Source: Auanema rhodensis
Taxonomy: Eukaryota; Animalia; Nematoda
DNA: 64,000 nucleotides
Reading direction: 5' to 3'
Assembly: GCA_964057225.1 (NCBI GenBank)
Contig: OZ059899.1
Span: 19,034,001 to 19,098,000 of the forward strand
Position 1 is the stretch's first letter. Each line of letters starts with the position of its first letter. The position numbers and the translations under genes are program-made. The notes below the pieces were generated by a model. That model was given only the letters and a program-made list of their open reading frames with translations. It was not told the DNA's origin and did no database searches. This document shows positions 40,501 to 56,600 of the stretch, piece by piece.

Positions 40501-42450
40501 GTGTAAGTTGAGTTTCCATGTACACTCAACATTGCTTCCAAAAACATTTTGACAAAAATTTTTCCGAAAAATTTCAAAATAATTTCGCAAAAAGTAGATG
40601 TTTTCAGATTCCTTTTTTCAAGGCAAAGACGATGGACAAAGTTATTCAACGAAAAAATTAATTCTGCAGGGTGAAAATCGAGGATATAAGTGTGAACTTA
40701 TATCAGTTGATATCTCGGTGCATTTTTAAGCTAGCGCAAATCTGATAACACAGATCGACGCAGCTTAAAAATCCGCATCGAATGCACTATACAACATTGA
40801 GAAACGCTTAATACAAAAATTAGTTATGATCGTTTGAAAAATGATGCATTAGTGTATGTTGAGTTTCCATGTACACTCAACATTGCTTCCAAAAACATTT
40901 TGACAAAAATTTTTCCGAAAAATTTCAAAATAATTTCGCAAAAAGTAGATGTTTTTAGATTCCTTTTTTCAAGGCAAAGACGATGGACAATGTTATTCAA
41001 CGAAAAAATTAATTCTCCAGGGTGAAAATCGAGGATGTAAGTGTGAACTTATATCAGTTGATATCTCGGTGCATTTTTAAGCTAGCGCAAATCTGATAAC
41101 ACAGATCGACGCAGCTTAAAAATCCGCATCGAATGCACTATACAACATTGAGAAACGCTTAATACAAAAATTAGTTATGATCGTTTGAAAAAAGATGCAT
41201 TAGTGTAAGTTGAGTTTCCATGTACACTCAACATTGCTTCCAAAAACATTTTGACAAAAATTTTTCCGAAAAATTTCAAAATAATTTCGCAAAAAGTAGA
41301 TGTTTTCAGATTCCTTTTTTCAAGGCAAAGACGATGGACAAAGTTATTCAACGAAAAAATTAATTCTGCAGGGTGAAAATCGAGGATATAAGTGTGAACT
41401 TATATCAGTTGATATCTCGGTGCATTTTTAAGCTAGCGCAAATCTGATAACACAGATCGACGCAGCTTAAAAATCCGCATCGAATGCACTATACAACATT
41501 GAGAAACGCTTAATACAAAAATTAGTTATGATCGTTTGAAAAATGATGCATTAGTGTATGTTGAGTTTCCATGTACACTCAACATTGCTTCCAAAAACAT
41601 TTTGACAAAAATTTTTCCGAAAAATTTCAAAATAATTTCGCAAAAAGTAGATGTTTTTAGATTCCTTTTTTCAAGGCAAAGACGATGGACAATGTTATTC
41701 AACGAAAAAATTAATTCTCCAGGGTGAAAATCGAGGATCTAAGTGTGAACTTATATCAGTTGATATCTCGGTGCATTTTTAAGCTAGCGCAAATCTGATA
41801 ACACAGATCGACGCAGCTTAAAAATCCGCATCGAATGCACTATACAACATTGAGAAACGCTTAATACAAAAATTAGTTATGATCGTTTGAAAAAAGATGC
41901 ATTAGTGTAAGTTGAGTTTCCATGTACACTCAACATTGCTTCCAAAAACATTTTGACAAAAATTTTTCCGAAAAATTTCAAAATAATTTCGCAAAAAGTA
42001 GATGTTTTCAGATTCCTTTTTTCAAGGCAAAGACGATGGACAAAGTTATTCAACGAAAAAATTAATTCTGCAGGGTGAAAATCGAGGATATAAGTGTGAA
42101 CTTATATCAGTTGATATCTCAGTGCATTTTTAAGCTAGCGCAAATCTGATAACACAGATCGACGCAGCTTAAAAATCCGCATCGAATGCACTATACAACA
42201 TTGAGAAACGCTTAATACAAAAATTAGTTATGATCGTTTGAAAAATGATGCATTAGTGTAAGTTGAGTTTCCATGTACACTCAACATTGCTTCCAAAAAC
42301 ATTTTGACAAAAATTTTTCCGAAAAATTTCAAAATAATTTCGCAAAAAGTAGATGTTTTCAGATTCCTTTTTTCAAGGCAAAGACGATGGACAAAGTTAT
42401 TCAACGAAAAAATTAATTCTGCAGGGTGAAAATCGAGGATATAAGTGTGA
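37300..42450. repeat. Predominantly alternating dimer region (702 bp): consensus unit plus gtgtaag/ttttcag/acaaag unit
   Basis: Intact ORFs occur at 37675, 38377, 39430, 40132, 40834 and 41536, with TAA-variant units between them. Confidence 0.85.
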
Positions 42451-45400
42451 ACTTATATCAGTTGATATCTCGGTGCATTTTTAAGCTAGCGCAAATCTGA
42501 TAACACAGATCGACGCAGCTTAAAAATCCGCATCGAATGCACTATACAACATTGAGAAACGCTTAATACAAAAATTAGTTATGATCGTTTGAAAAATGAT
42601 GCATTAGTGTATGTTGAGTTTCCATGTACACTCAACATTGCTTCCAAAAACATTTTGACAAAAATTTTTCCGAAAAATTTCAAAATAATTTCGCAAAAAG
42701 TAGATGTTTTTAGATTCTTTTTTTCAAGGCAAAGACGATGGACAATGTTATTCAACGAAAAAATTAATTCTCCAGGGTGAAAATCGAGGATGTAAGTGTG
42801 AACTTATATCAGTTGATATCTCGGTGCATTTTTAAGCTAGCGCAAATCTGATAACACAGATCGACGCAGCTTAAAAATCCGCATCGAATGCACTATACAA
42901 CATTGAGAAACGCTTAATACAAAAATTAGTTATGATCGTTTGAAAAATGATGCATTAGTGTATGTTGAGTTTCCATGTACACTCAACATTGCTTCCAAAA
43001 ACATTTTGACAAAAATTTTTCCGAAAAATTTCAAAATAATTTCGCAAAAAGTAGATGTTTTTAGATTCCTTTTTTCAAGGCAAAGACGATGGACAATGTT
43101 ATTTAACGAAAAAATTAATTCTGCAGGGTGAAAATCGAGGATATAAGTGTGAACTTATATCAGTTGATATCTCGGTGCATTTTTAAGCTAGCGCAAATCT
43201 GATAACACAGATCGACGCAGCTTAAAAATCCGCATCGAATCCACTATACTACATTGAGAAACGCTCAATACAAAAATTAGTTATGATCGTTTGAAAAAAG
43301 ATGCATTAGTGTAAGTTGAGTTTCCATGTACACTCAACATTGCTTCCAAAAACATTTTGACAAAAATTTTTCCGAAAAATTTCAAAATAATTTCGCAAAA
43401 AGTAGATGTTTTCAGATTCCTTTTTTCAAGGCAAAGACGATGGACAAAGTTATTCAACGAAAAAATTAATTCTCCAGGGTGAAAATCGAGGATATAAGTG
43501 TGAACTTATATCAGTTGATATCTCGGTGCATTTTTAAGCTAGCGCAAATCTGATAACACAGATCGACGCAGCTTAAAAATCCGCATCCAATGCACTATAC
43601 AACATTGAGAAACGCTTAATACAAAAATTAGTTATGATCGTTTGAAAAAAGATGCATTAGTGTAAGTTGAGTTTCCATGTACACTCAACATTGCTTCCAA
43701 AAACATTTTGACAAAAATTTTTCCGAAAAATTTCAAAATAATTTCGCAAAAAGTAGATGTTTTCAGATTCCTTTTTTCAAGGCAAAGACGATGGACAAAG
43801 TTATTCAACGAAAAAATTAATTCTCCAGGGTGAAAATCGAGGATATAAGTGTGAACTTATATCAGTTGATATCTCGGTGCATTTTTAAGCTAGCGCAAAT
43901 CTGATAACACAGATCGACGCAGCTTAAAAATCCGCATCCAATGCACTATACAACATTGAGAAACGCTTAATACAAAAATTAGTTATGATCGTTTGAAAAA
44001 TGATGCATTAGTGTATGTTGAGTTTCCATGTACACTCAACATTGCTTCCAAAAACATTTTGACAAAAATTTTTCCGAAAAATTTCAAAATAATTTCGCAA
44101 AAAGTAGATGTTTTTAGATTCCTTCTTTCAAGGCAAAGACGATGGACAATGTTATTCAACGAAAAAATTAATTCTCCAGGGTGAAAATCGAGGATGTAAG
44201 TGTGAACTTATATCAGTTGATATCTCGGTGCATTTTTAAGCTAGCGCAAATCTGATAACACAGATCGACGCAGCTTAAAAATCCGCATCGAATGCACTAT
44301 ACAACATTGAGAAACGCTTAATACAAAAATTAGTTATGATCGTTTGAAAAAAGATGCATTAGTGTATGTTGAGTTTCCATGTACACTCAACATTGCTTCC
44401 AAAAACATTTTGACAAAAATTTTTCCGAAAAATTTCAAAATAATTTCGCAAAAAGTAGATGTTTTTAGATTCCTTTTTTCAAGGCAAAGACGATGGACAA
44501 TGTTATTTAACGAAAAAATTAATTCTGCAGGGTGAAAATCGAGGATATAAGTGTGAACTTATATCAGTTGATATCTCGGTGCATTTTTAAGCTAGCGCAA
44601 ATCTGATAACACAGATCGACGCAGCTTAAAAATCCGCATCGAATGCACTATACAACATTGAGAAACGCTTAATACAAAAATTAGTTATGATCGTTTGAAA
44701 AATGATGCATTAGTGTATGTTGAGTTTCCATGTACACTCAACATTGCTTCCAAAAACATTTTGACAAAAATTTTTCCGAAAAATTTCAAAATAATTTCGC
44801 AAAAAGTAGATGTTTTTAGATTCCTTTTTTCAAGGCAAAGACGATGGACAATGTTATTCAACGAAAAAATTAATTCTCCAGGGTGAAAATCGAGGATGTA
44901 AGTGTGAACTTATATCAGTTGATATCTCGGTGCATTTTTAAGCTAGGGCAAATCTGATAACACAGATCGACGCAGCTTAAAAATCCGCATCGAATGCACT
45001 ATACAACATTGAGAAACGCTTAATACAAAAATTAGTTATGATCGTTTGAAAAATGATGCATTAGTGTAAGTTGAGTTTCCATGTACACTCAACATTGCTT
45101 CCAAAAACATTTTGACAAAAATTTTTCCGAAAAATTTCAAAATAATTTCGCAAAAAGTAGATGTTTTCAGATTCCTTTTTTCAAGGCAAAGACGATGGAC
45201 AAAGTTATTCAACGAAAAAAATAATTCTGCAGGGTGAAAATCGAGGATATAAGTGTGAACTTATATCAGTTGATATCTCGGTGCATTTTTAAGCTAGCGC
45301 AAATCTGATAACACAGATCGACGCAGCTTAAAAATCCGCATCGAATGCACTATACAACATTGAGAAACGCTTAATACAAAAATTAGTTATGATCGTTTGA

Positions 45401-45999
45401 AAAATGATGCATTAGTGTATGTTGAGTTTCCATGTACACTCAACATTGCTTCCAAAAACATTTTGACAAAAATTTTTCCGAAAAATTTCAAAATAATTTC
45501 GCAAAAAGTAGATGTTTTTAGATTCCTTTTTTCAAGGCAAAGACGATGGACAATGTTATTCAACGAAAAAATTAATTCTCCAGGGTGAAAATCGAGGATG
45601 TAAGTGTGAACTTATATCAGTTGATATCTCGGTGCATTTTTAAGCTAGGGCAAATCTGATAACACAGATCGACGCAGCTTAAAAATCCGCATCGAATGCA
45701 CTATACAACATTGAGAAACGCTTAATACAAAAATTAGTTATGATCGTTTGAAAAAAGATGCATTAGTGTAAGTTGAGTTTCCATGTACACTCAACATTGC
45801 TTCCAAAAACATTTTGACAAAAATTTTTCCGAAAAATTTCAAAATAATTTCGCAAAAAGTAGATGTTTTCAGATTCCTTTTTTCAAGGCAAAGACGATGG
45901 ACAAAGTTATTCAACGAAAAAATTAATTCTGCAGGGTGAAAATCGAGGATATAAGTGTGAACTTATATCAGTTGATATCTCGGTGCATTTTTAAGCTAG

Positions 46000-48900
46000 C
46001 GCAAATCTGATAACACAGATCGACGCAGCTTAAAAATCCGCATCGAATGCACTATACAACATTGAGAAACGCTTAATACAAAAATTAGTTATGATCGTTT
46101 GAAAAATGATGCATTAGTGTATGTTGAGTTTCCATGTACACTCAACATTGCTTCCAAAAACATTTTGACAAAAATTTTTCCGAAAAATTTCAAAATAATT
46201 TCGCAAAAAGTAGATGTTTTTAGATTCCTTTTTTCAAGGCAAAGACGATGGACAATGTTATTCAACGAAAAAATTAATTCTCCAGGGTGAAAATCGAGGA
46301 TGTAAGTGTGAACTTATATCAGTTGATATCTCGGTGCATTTTTAAGCTAGCGCAAATCTGATAACACAGATCGACGCAGCTTAAAAATCCGCATCGAATG
46401 CACTATACAACATTGAGAAACGCTTAATACAAAAATTAGTTATGATCGTTTGAAAAAAGATGCATTAGTGTATGTTGAGTTTCCATGTACACTCAACATT
46501 GCTTCCAAAAACATTTTGACAAAAATTTTTCCGAAAAATTTCAAAATAATTTCGCAAAAAGTAGATGTTTTTAGATTCCTTTTTTCAAGGCAAAGACGAT
46601 GGACAATGTTATTTAACGAAAAAATTAATTCTGCAGGGTGAAAATCGAGGATATAAGTGTGAACTTATATCAGTTGGTATCTCGGTGCATTTTTAAGCTA
46701 GCGCAAATCTGATAACACAGATCGACGCAGCTTAAAAATCCGCATCGAATGCACTATACTACATTGAGAAACGCTCAATACAAAAATTAGTTATGATCGT
46801 TTGAAAAAAGATGCATTAGTGTAAGTTGAGTTTCCATGTACACTCAACATTGCTTCCAAAAACATTTTGACAAAAATTTTTCCGAAAAATTTCAAAATAA
46901 TTTCGCAAAAAGTAGATGTTTTCAGATTCCTTTTTTCAAGGCAAAGACGATGGACAAAGTTATTCAACGAAAAAATTAATTCTCCAGGGTGAAAATCGAG
47001 GATATAAGTGTGAACTTATATCAGTTGATATCTCGGTGCATTTTTAAGCTAGCGCAAATCTGATAACACAGATCGACGCAGCTTAAAAATCCGCATCCAA
47101 TGCACTATACAACATTGAGAAACGCTTAATACAAAAATTAGTTATGATCGTTTGAAAAATGATGCATTAGTGTATGTTGAGTTTCCATGTACACTCAACA
47201 TTGCTTCCAAAAACATTTTGACAAAAATTTTTCCGAAAAATTTCAAAATAATTTCGCAAAAAGTAGATGTTTTTAGATTCCTTTTTTCAAGGCAAAGACG
47301 ATGGACAATGTTATTCAACGAAAAAATTAATTCTCCAGGGTGAAAATCGAGGATGTAAGTGTGAACTTATATCAGTTGATATCTCGGTGCATTTTTAAGC
47401 TAGCGCAAATCTGATAACACAGATCGACGCAGCTTAAAAATCCGCATCGAATGCACTATACAACATTGAGAAACGCTTAATACAAAAATTAGTTATGATC
47501 GTTTGAAAAAAGATGCATTAGTGTATGTTGAGTTTCCATGTACACTCAACATTGCTTCCAAAAACATTTTGACAAAAATTTTTCCGAAAAATTTCAAAAT
47601 AATTTCGCAAAAAGTAGATGTTTTTAGATTCCTTTTTTCAAGGCAAAGACGATGGACAATGTTATTTAACGAAAAAATTAATTCTGCAGGGTGAAAATCG
47701 AGGATATAAGTGTGAACTTATATCAGTTGATATCTCGGTGCATTTTTAAGCTAGCGCAAATCTGATAACACAGATCGACGCAGCTTAAAAATCCGCATCG
47801 AATGCACTATACTACATTGAGAAACGCTCAATACAAAAATTAGTTATGATCGTTTGAAAAAAGATGCATTAGTGTAAGTTGAGTTTCCATGTACACTCAA
47901 CATTGCTTCCAAAAACATTTTGACAAAAATTTTTCCGAAAAATTTCAAAATAATTTCGCAAAAAGTAGATGTTTTCAGATTCCTTTTTTCAAGGCAAAGA
48001 CGATGGACAAAGTTATTCAACGAAAAAATTAATTCTCCAGGGTGAAAATCGAGGATATAAGTGTGAACTTATATCAGTTGATATCTCGGTGCATTTTTAA
48101 GCTAGCGCAAATCTGATAACACAGATCGACGCAGCTTAAAAATCCGCATCCAATGCACTATACAACATTGAGAAACGCTTAATACAAAAATTAGTTATGA
48201 TCGTTTGAAAAATGATGCATTAGTGTATGTTGAGTTTCCATGTACACTCAACATTGCTTCCAAAAACATTTTGACAAAAATTTTTCCGAAAAATTTCAAA
48301 ATAATTTCGCAAAAAGTAGATGTTTTTAGATTCCTTTTTTCAAGGCAAAGACGATGGACAATGTTATTCAACGAAAAAATTAATTCTCCAGGGTGAAAAT
48401 CGAGGATGTAAGTGTGAACTTATATCAGTTGATATCTCGGTGCATTTTTAAGCTAGCGCAAATCTGATAACACAGATCGACGCAGCTTAAAAATCCGCAT
48501 CGAATGCACTATACAACATTGAGAAACGCTTAATACAAAAATTAGTTATGATCGTTTGAAAAAAGATGCATTAGTGTATGTTGAGTTTCCATGTACACTC
48601 AACATTGCTTCCAAAAACATTTTGACAAAAATTTTTCCGAAAAATTTCAAAATAATTTCGCAAAAAGTAGATGTTTTTAGATTCCTTTTTTCAAGGCAAA
48701 GACGATGGACAATGTTATTTAACGAAAAAATTAATTCTGCAGGGTGAAAATCGAGGATATAAGTGTGAACTTATATCAGTTGATATCTCGGTGCATTTTT
48801 AAGCTAGCGCAAATCTGATAACACAGATCGACGCAGCTTAAAAATCCGCATCGAATGCACTATACTACATTGAGAAACGCTCAATACAAAAATTAGTTAT

Positions 48901-50600
48901 GATCGTTTGAAAAAAGATGCATTAGTGTAAGTTGAGTTTCCATGTACACTCAACATTGCTTCCAAAAACATTTTGACAAAAATTTTTCCGAAAAATTTCA
49001 AAATAATTTCGCAAAAAGTAGATGTTTTCAGATTCCTTTTCTCAAGGCAAAGACGATGGACAAAGTTATTCAACGAAAAAATTAATTCTCCAGGGTGAAA
49101 ATCGAGGATGTAAGTGTGAACTTATATCAGTTGATATCTCGGTGCATTTTTAAGCTAGCGCAAATCTGATAACACAGATCGACGCAGCTTAAAAATTCGC
49201 ATCGAATGCACTATACAACATTGAGAAACGCTTAATACAAAAATTAGTTATGATCGTTTGAAAAAAGATGCATTAGTGTATGTTGAGTTTCCATGTACAC
49301 TCAACATTGCTTCCAAAAACATTTTGACAAAAATTTTTCCGAAAAATTTCAAAATAATTTCGCAAAAAGTAGATGTTTTTAGATTCCTTTTTTCAAGGCA
49401 AAGACGATGGACAATGTTATTTAACGAAAAAATTAATTCTGCAGGGTGAAAATCGAGGATATAAGTGTGAACTTATATCAGTTGATATCTCGGTGCATTT
49501 TTAAGCTAGCGCAAATCTGATAACACAGATCGACGCAGCTTAAAAATCCGCATCGAATGCACTATACTACATTGAGAAACGCTCAATACAAAAATTAGTT
49601 ATGATCGTTTGAAAAAAGATGCATTAGTGTAAGTTGAGTTTCCATGTACACTCAACATTGCTTCCAAAAACATTTTGACAAAAATTTTTCCGAAAAATTT
49701 CAAAATAATTTCGCAAAAAGTAGATGTTTTCAGATTCCTTTTTTCAAGGCAAAGACGATGGACAAAGTTATTCAACGAAAAAATTAATTCTCCAGGGTGA
49801 AAATCGAGGATGTAAGTGTGAACTTATATCAGTTGATATCTCGGTGCATTTTTAAGCTAGCGCAAATCTGATAACACAGATCGACGCAGCTTAAAAATTC
49901 GCATCGAATGCACTATACAACATTGAGAAACGCTTAATACAAAAATTAGTTATGATCGTTTGAAAAAAGATGCATTAGTGTATGTTGAGTTTCCATGTAC
50001 ACTCAACATTGCTTCCAAAAACATTTTGACAAAAATTTTTCCGAAAAATTTCAAAATAATTTCGCAAAAAGTAGATGTTTTTAGATTCCTTTTTTCAAGG
50101 CAAAGACGATGGACAATGTTATTTAACGAAAAAATTAATTCTGCAGGGTGAAAATCGAGGATATAAGTGTGAACTTATATCAGTTGATATCTCGGTGCAT
50201 TTTTAAGCTAGCGCAAATCTGATAACACAGATCGACGCAGCTTAAAAATCCGCATCGAATGCACTATACTACATTGAGAAACGCTCAATACAAAAATTAG
50301 TTATGATCGTTTGAAAAAAGATGCATTAGTGTAAGTTGAGTTTCCATGTACACTCAACATTGCTTCCAAAAACATTTTGACAAAAATTTTTCCGAAAAAT
50401 TTCAAAATAATTTCGCAAAAAGTAGATGTTTTCAGATTCCTTTTTTCAAGGCAAAGACGATGGACAAAGTTATTCAACGAAAAAATTAATTCTCCAGGGT
50501 GAAAATCGAGGATGTAAGTGTGAACTTATATCAGTTGATATCTCGGTGCATTTTTAAGCTAGCGCAAATCTGATAACACAGATCGACGCAGCTTAAAAAT
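46000..50600. repeat. Trimer (1053 bp) then dimer (702 bp) higher-order region
   Basis: 46099/47152/48205 and 46450/47503/48556, with gcatccaatg and acgctcaat markers; then 49258/49960 with the aaattcgc marker. Confidence 0.85.
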
Positions 50601-53600
50601 CCGCATCGAATGCACTATACAACATTGAGAAACGCTTAATACAAAAATTAGTTATGATCGTTTGAAAAATGATGCATTAGTGTATGTTGAGTTTCCATGT
50701 ACACTCAACATTGCTTCCAAAAACATTTTGACAAAAATTTTTCCGAAAAATTTCAAAATAATTTCGCAAAAAGTAGATGTTTTTAGATTCCTTTTTTCAA
50801 GGTAAAGACGATGGACAATGTTATTCAACGAAAAAATTAATTCTCCAGGGTGAAAATCGAGGATGTAAGTGTGAACTTATATCAGTTGATATCTCGGTGC
50901 ATTTTTAAGCTAGCGCAAATCTGATAACACAGATCGACGCAGCTTAAAAATCCGCATCGAATGCACTATACAACATTGAGAAACGCTTAATACAAAAATA
51001 AGTTATGATCGTTTGAAAAATGATGCATTAGTGTATGTTGAGTTTCCATGTACACTCAACATTGCTTCCAAAAACATTTTGACAAAAATTTTTCCGAAAA
51101 ATTTCAAAATAATTTCGCAAAAAGTAGATGTTTTTAGATTCCTTTTTTCAAGGCAAAGACGATGGACAATGTTATTCAACGAAAAAATTAATTCTCCAGG
51201 GTGAAAATCGAGGATGTAAGTGTGAACTTATATCAGTTGATATCTCGGTGCATTTTTAAGCTAGCGCAAATCTGATAACACAGATCGACGCAGCTTAAAA
51301 ATCCGCATCGAATGCACTATACAACATTGAGAAACGCTTAATACAAAAATAAGTTATGATCGTTTGAAAAATGATGCATTAGTGTATGTTGAGTTTCCAT
51401 GTACACTCAACATTGCTTCCAAAAACATTTTGACAAAAATTTTTCCGAAAAATTTCAAAATAATTTCGCAAAAAGTAGATGTTTTTAGATTCCTTTTTTC
51501 AAGGCAAAGACGATGGACAATGTTATTCAACGAAAAAATTAATTCTCCAGGGTGAAAATCGAGGATGTAAGTGTGAACTTATATCAGTTGATATCTCGGT
51601 GCATTTTTCAGCTAGCGCAAATCTGATAACACAGATCGACGCAGCTTAAAAATCCGCATCGAATGCACTATACAACATTAAGAAACGCTTAATACAAAAA
51701 TAAGTTATGATCGTTTGAAAAATGATGCATTAGTGTATGTTGAGTTTCCATGTACACTCAACATTGCTTCCAAAAACATTTTGACAAAAATTTTTCCGAA
51801 AAATTTCAAAATAATTTCGCAAAAAGTAGATGTTTTTAGATTCCTTTTTTCAAGGCAAAGACGATGGACAATGTTATTCAACGAAAAAATTAATTCTCCA
51901 GGGTGAAAATCGAGGATGTAAGTGTGAACTTATATCAGTTGATATCTCGGTGCATTTTTAAGCTAGCGCAAATCTGATAACACAGATCGACGCAGCTTAA
52001 AAATCCGCATCGAATGCACTATACAACATTGAGAAACGCTTAATACAAAAATAAGTTATGATCGTTTGAAAAATGATGCATTAGTGTATGTTGAGTTTCC
52101 ATGTACACTCAACATTGCTTCCAAAAACATTTTGACAAAAATTTTTCCGAAAAATTTCAAAATAATTTCGCAAAAAGTAGATGTTTTTAGATTCCTTTTT
52201 TCAAGGCAAAGACGATGGACAATGTTATTCAACGAAAAAATTAATTCTCCAGGGTGAAAATCGAGGATGTAAGTGTGAACTTATATCAGTTGATATCTCG
52301 GTGCATTTTTCAGCTAGCGCAAATCTGATAACACAGATCGACGCAGCTTAAAAATCCGCATCGAATGCACTATACAACATTAAGAAACGCTTAATACAAA
52401 AATAAGTTATGATCGTTTGAAAAATGATGCATTAGTGTATGTTGAGTTTCCATGTACACTCAACATTGCTTCCAAAAACATTTTGACAAAAATTTTTCCG
52501 AAAAATTTCAAAATAATTTCGCAAAAAGTAGATGTTTTTAGATTCCTTTTTTCAAGGCAAAGACGATGGACAATGTTATTTAACGAAAAAATTAATTCTG
52601 CAGGGTGAAAATCGAGGATATAAGTGTGAACTTATATCAGTTGATATCTCGGTGCATTTTTAAGCTAGCGCAAATCTGATAACACAGATCGACGCAGCTT
52701 AAAAATCCGCATCGAATGCACTATACTACATTGAGAAACGCTCAATACAAAAATTAGTTATGATCGTTTGAAAAAAGATGCATTAGTGTAAGTTGAGTTT
52801 CCATGTACACTCAACATTGCTTCCAAAAACATTTTGACAAAAATTTTTCCGAAAAATTTCAAAATAATTTCGCAAAAAGTAGATGTTTTCAGATTCCTTT
52901 TCTCAAGGCAAAGACGATGGACAAAGTTATTCAACGAAAAAATTAATTCTCCAGGGTGAAAATCGAGGATGTAAGTGTGAACTTATATCAGTTGATATCT
53001 CGGTGCATTTTTAAGCTAGCGCAAATCTGATAACACAGATCGACGCAGCTTAAAAATTCGCATCGAATGCACTATACAACATTGAGAAACGCTTAATACA
53101 AAAATTAGTTATGATCGTTTGAAAAAAGATGCATTAGTGTATGTTGAGTTTCCATGTACACTCAACATTGCTTCCAAAAACATTTTGACAAAAATTTTTC
53201 CGAAAAATTTCAAAATAATTTCGCAAAAAGTAGATGTTTTTAGATTCCTTTTTTCAAGGCAAAGACGATGGACAATGTTATTTAACGAAAAAATTAATTC
53301 TGCAGGGTGAAAATCGAGGATATAAGTGTGAACTTATATCAGTTGATATCTCGGTGCATTTTTAAGCTAGCGCAAATCTGATAACACAGATCGACGCAGC
53401 TTAAAAATCCGCATCGAATGCACTATACTACATTGAGAAACGCTCAATACAAAAATTAGTTATGATCGTTTGAAAAAAGATGCATTAGTGTAAGTTGAGT
53501 TTCCATGTACACTCAACATTGCTTCCAAAAACATTTTGACAAAAATTTTTCCGAAAAATTTCAAAATAATTTCGCAAAAAGTAGATGTTTTCAGATTCCT

Positions 53601-56600
53601 TTTTTCAAGGCAAAGACGATGGACAAAGTTATTCAACGAAAAAATTAATTCTCCAGGGTGAAAATCGAGGATGTAAGTGTGAACTTATATCAGTTGATAT
53701 CTCGGTGCATTTTTAAGCTAGCGCAAATCTGATAACACAGATCGACGCAGCTTAAAAATCCGCATCGAATGCACTATACAACATTGAGAAACGCTTAATA
53801 CAAAAATTAGTTATGATCGTTTGAAAAATGATGCATTAGTGTATGTTGAGTTTCCATGTACACTCAACATTGCTTCCAAAAACATTTTGACAAAAATTTT
53901 TCCGAAAAATTTCAAAATAATTTCGCAAAAAGTAGATGTTTTCAGATTCCTTTTCTCAAGGCAAAGACGATGGACAAAGTTATTCAACGAAAAAATTAAT
54001 TCTCCAGGGTGAAAATCGAGGATGTAAGTGTGAACTTATATCAGTTGATATCTCGGTGCATTTTTAAGCTAGCGCAAATCTGATAACACAGATCGACGCA
54101 GCTTAAAAATTCGCATCGAATGCACTATACAACATTGAGAAACGCTTAATACAAAAATTAGTTATGATCGTTTGAAAAAAGATGCATTAGTGTATGTTGA
54201 GTTTCCATGTACACTCAACATTGCTTCCAAAAACATTTTGACAAAAATTTTTCCGAAAAATTTCAAAATAATTTCGCAAAAAGTAGATGTTTTTAGATTC
54301 CTTTTTTCAAGGCAAAGACGATGGACAATGTTATTTAACGAAAAAATTAATTCTGCAGGGTGAAAATCGAGGATATAAGTGTGAACTTATATCAGTTGAT
54401 ATCTCGGTGCATTTTTAAGCTAGCGCAAATCTGATAACACAGATCGACGCAGCTTAAAAATCCGCATCGAATGCACTATACTACATTGAGAAACGCTCAA
54501 TACAAAAATTAGTTATGATCGTTTGAAAAAAGATGCATTAGTGTAAGTTGAGTTTCCATGTACACTCAACATTGCTTCCAAAAACATTTTGACAAAAATT
54601 TTTCCGAAAAATTTCAAAATAATTTCGCAAAAAGTAGATGTTTTCAGATTCCTTTTTTCAAGGCAAAGACGATGGACAAAGTTATTCAACGAAAAAATTA
54701 ATTCTCCAGGGTGAAAATCGAGGATGTAAGTGTGAACTTATATCAGTTGATATCTCGGTGCATTTTTAAGCTAGCGCAAATCTGATAACACAGATCGACG
54801 CAGCTTAAAAATCCGCATCGAATGCACTATACAACATTGAGAAACGCTTAATACAAAAATTAGTTATGATCGTTTGAAAAATGATGCATTAGTGTATGTT
54901 GAGTTTCCATGTACACTCAACATTGCTTCCAAAAACATTTTGACAAAAATTTTTCCGAAAAATTTCAAAATAATTTCGCAAAAAGTAGATGTTTTTAGAT
55001 TCCTTTTTTCAAGGTAAAGACGATGGACAATGTTATTCAACGAAAAAATTAATTCTCCAGGGTGAAAATCGAGGATGTAAGTGTGAACTTATATCAGTTG
55101 ATATCTCGGTGCATTTTTAAGCTAGCGCAAATCTGATAACACAGATCGACGCAGCTTAAAAATCCGCATCGAATGCACTATACAACATTGAGAAACGCTT
55201 AATACAAAAATAAGTTATGATCGTTTGAAAAATGATGCATTAGTGTATGTTGAGTTTCCATGTACACTCAACATTGCTTCCAAAAACATTTTGACAAAAA
55301 TTTTTCCGAAAAATTTCAAAATAATTTCGCAAAAAGTAGATGTTTTTAGATTCCTTTTTTCAAGGCAAAGACGATGGACAATGTTATTCAACGAAAAAAT
55401 TAATTCTCCAGGGTGAAAATCGAGGATGTAAGTGTGAACTTATATCAGTTGATATCTCGGTGCATTTTTAAGCTAGCGCAAATCTGATAACACAGATCGA
55501 CGCAGCTTAAAAATCCGCATCGAATGCACTATACAACATTGAGAAACGCTTAATACAAAAATAAGTTATGATCGTTTGAAAAATGATGCATTAGTGTATG
55601 TTGAGTTTCCATGTACACTCAACATTGCTTCCAAAAACATTTTGACAAAAATTTTTCCGAAAAATTTCAAAATAATTTCGCAAAAAGTAGATGTTTTTAG
55701 ATTCCTTTTTTCAAGGCAAAGACGATGGACAATGTTATTCAACGAAAAAATTAATTCTCCAGGGTGAAAATCGAGGATGTAAGTGTGAACTTATATCAGT
55801 TGATATCTCGGTGCATTTTTCAGCTAGCGCAAATCTGATAACACAGATCGACGCAGCTTAAAAATCCGCATCGAATGCACTATACAACATTAAGAAACGC
55901 TTAATACAAAAATAAGTTATGATCGTTTGAAAAATGATGCATTAGTGTATGTTGAGTTTCCATGTACACTCAACATTGCTTCCAAAAACATTTTGACAAA
56001 AATTTTTCCGAAAAATTTCAAAATAATTTCGCAAAAAGTAGATGTTTTTAGATTCCTTTTTTCAAGGCAAAGACGATGGACAATGTTATTCAACGAAAAA
56101 ATTAATTCTCCAGGGTGAAAATCGAGGATGTAAGTGTGAACTTATATCAGTTGATATCTCGGTGCATTTTTAAGCTAGCGCAAATCTGATAACACAGATC
56201 GACGCAGCTTAAAAATCCGCATCGAATGCACTATACAACATTGAGAAACGCTTAATACAAAAATAAGTTATGATCGTTTGAAAAATGATGCATTAGTGTA
56301 TGTTGAGTTTCCATGTACACTCAACATTGCTTCCAAAAACATTTTGACAAAAATTTTTCCGAAAAATTTCAAAATAATTTCGCAAAAAGTAGATGTTTTT
56401 AGATTCCTTTTTTCAAGGCAAAGACGATGGACAATGTTATTCAACGAAAAAATTAATTCTCCAGGGTGAAAATCGAGGATGTAAGTGTGAACTTATATCA
56501 GTTGATATCTCGGTGCATTTTTCAGCTAGCGCAAATCTGATAACACAGATCGACGCAGCTTAAAAATCCGCATCGAATGCACTATACAACATTAAGAAAC

